Translations under genes and position numbers: made by a program
Shown here: in pieces, positions 31,660-32,000 of the stretch
Position numbering within the stretch: the first letter of the stretch is position 1
Layout: every line of letters begins with the position of its first letter
DNA from: Geotalea uraniireducens Rf4
GTDB taxonomy: Bacteria > Desulfobacterota > Desulfuromonadia > Geobacterales > Geobacteraceae
Direction of reading: 5' to 3'
DNA: 32,000 nucleotides
Assembly: GCF_000016745.1 (NCBI RefSeq)
Contig: NC_009483.1
Location: 4,530,001 to 4,562,000 of the forward strand
The notes under the pieces: generated by a model
Database searches by the model: none
What the model was told of the DNA's origin: nothing
The model's input: the letters and a program-made list of their open reading frames with translations, nothing else

Positions 31660-32000
31660 ATGCAGAATTGCCCCATGTGCAGCAAGTGGAACGATGAACC
31701 AGATTTGCAGATTGCCGAACTGGAGCACTGCCTGGTCATGCTCAACCGCGACCAGTTCTTTCCCGGCTACACCTTCGTCTTTGCCAAAAACCACGTGACG
31801 GAACTGTTCCACCTGGAGCGGGAGGTGAGAAGCGCCGTCATGGAAGAGGTTTCCGCCGTAGCCGCCGCCCTTTACAAGCTCTTTCAGCCGGCTAAAATTA
31901 ACTACGAGCTCCTCGGCAACATGGTGCCGCACATGCACTGGCACCTGGTGCCACGCTTCGCCACCGACCCGATCTGGCCCCGCCCCATCTGGTCCGAGCC
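31660..32000 (+). CDS. HIT-family (histidine triad) protein, 3'-truncated by the window edge
   Basis: Hand-translated frame: MQNCPMCSKWNDEPDLQIAELEHCLVMLNRDQFFPGYTFVFAKNHV...GNMVPHMHWHLVPRF. It contains an HxHxH triad. The ORF is not in the supplied track because it has no stop in the window. Confidence 0.75.
   Translation, partial: MQNCPMCSKWNDEPDLQIAELEHCLVMLNRDQFFPGYTFVFAKNHVTELFHLEREVRSAVMEEVSAVAAALYKLFQPAKINYELLGNMVPHMHWHLVPRFATDPIWPRPIWSE

Noticed and set aside
1-32000. A search for CRISPR arrays, tRNA or rRNA genes, and classical defence or toxin-antitoxin modules.
   Set aside because: No regularly spaced direct repeats, no tRNA T-arm/acceptor patterns and no rRNA-like segments were seen. 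No gene in the window resembles known defence effectors.

Overview
The window looks like a chromosomal segment from a Geobacter/Desulfuromonadales-type deltaproteobacterium. This placement is an inference from the paired 'GTAGGGGCGnAC...' palindromic repeats, a multi-haem cytochrome, a sigma54 promoter and dense c-di-GMP genes. No rRNA, tRNA or CRISPR array was recognised.

Gene content, left to right:
- 2-1647: a winged-helix ORF followed by an IS4-family DDE transposase.
- 1767-8166 (minus): a NitT/TauT-type ABC importer locus. It encodes an ATPase, two permeases, an embedded SAM-dependent methyltransferase, a periplasmic binding protein and an OprO/P-like porin.
- 8395-10324 (minus): a class-C-like group II intron sitting in the leader of that locus.
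- 10494-15658 (minus): a sulfate ABC operon, sbp-cysT-cysW-cysA-yezD, ending in an orphan NifH-like gene.
- 15731-17922: an Rrf2 regulator, an Smr protein and an OmpA-like lipoprotein.
- 18131-23042: a c-di-GMP cluster with an MshEN-type GspE/PilB ATPase, an HDOD protein, a PilZ protein and a sigma54-driven GGDEF cyclase.
- 23088-32000: polA, a DUF4177 protein, hsp20, larE-like, cysK, a second Rrf2 regulator, a tri-haem cytochrome c, dapF and a partial HIT gene.

Most interesting signals:
1. A conserved RNA hairpin, CUGACCNGANAACNGGAGG, occurs three times in the organosulfur-type uptake locus with compensatory stem changes. Two copies are fused to intrinsic terminators behind near-identical promoter-like elements. 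I could not match it to any riboswitch class I know.
2. The group II intron is inserted exactly after one of these leader terminators.
3. The orphan NifH-like protein keeps both 4Fe-4S cysteines but has Thr in place of the second Walker-A lysine. It is appended to the sulfate-transport operon.
4. A recurrent 15-bp CTAY-N7-ATAG operator-like motif lies upstream of the sulfur transcription units and of the Rrf2 gene itself.
5. A 120-nt element bounded by terminal inverted repeats lies in the hsp20 5' UTR, with a partial copy next to the IS.
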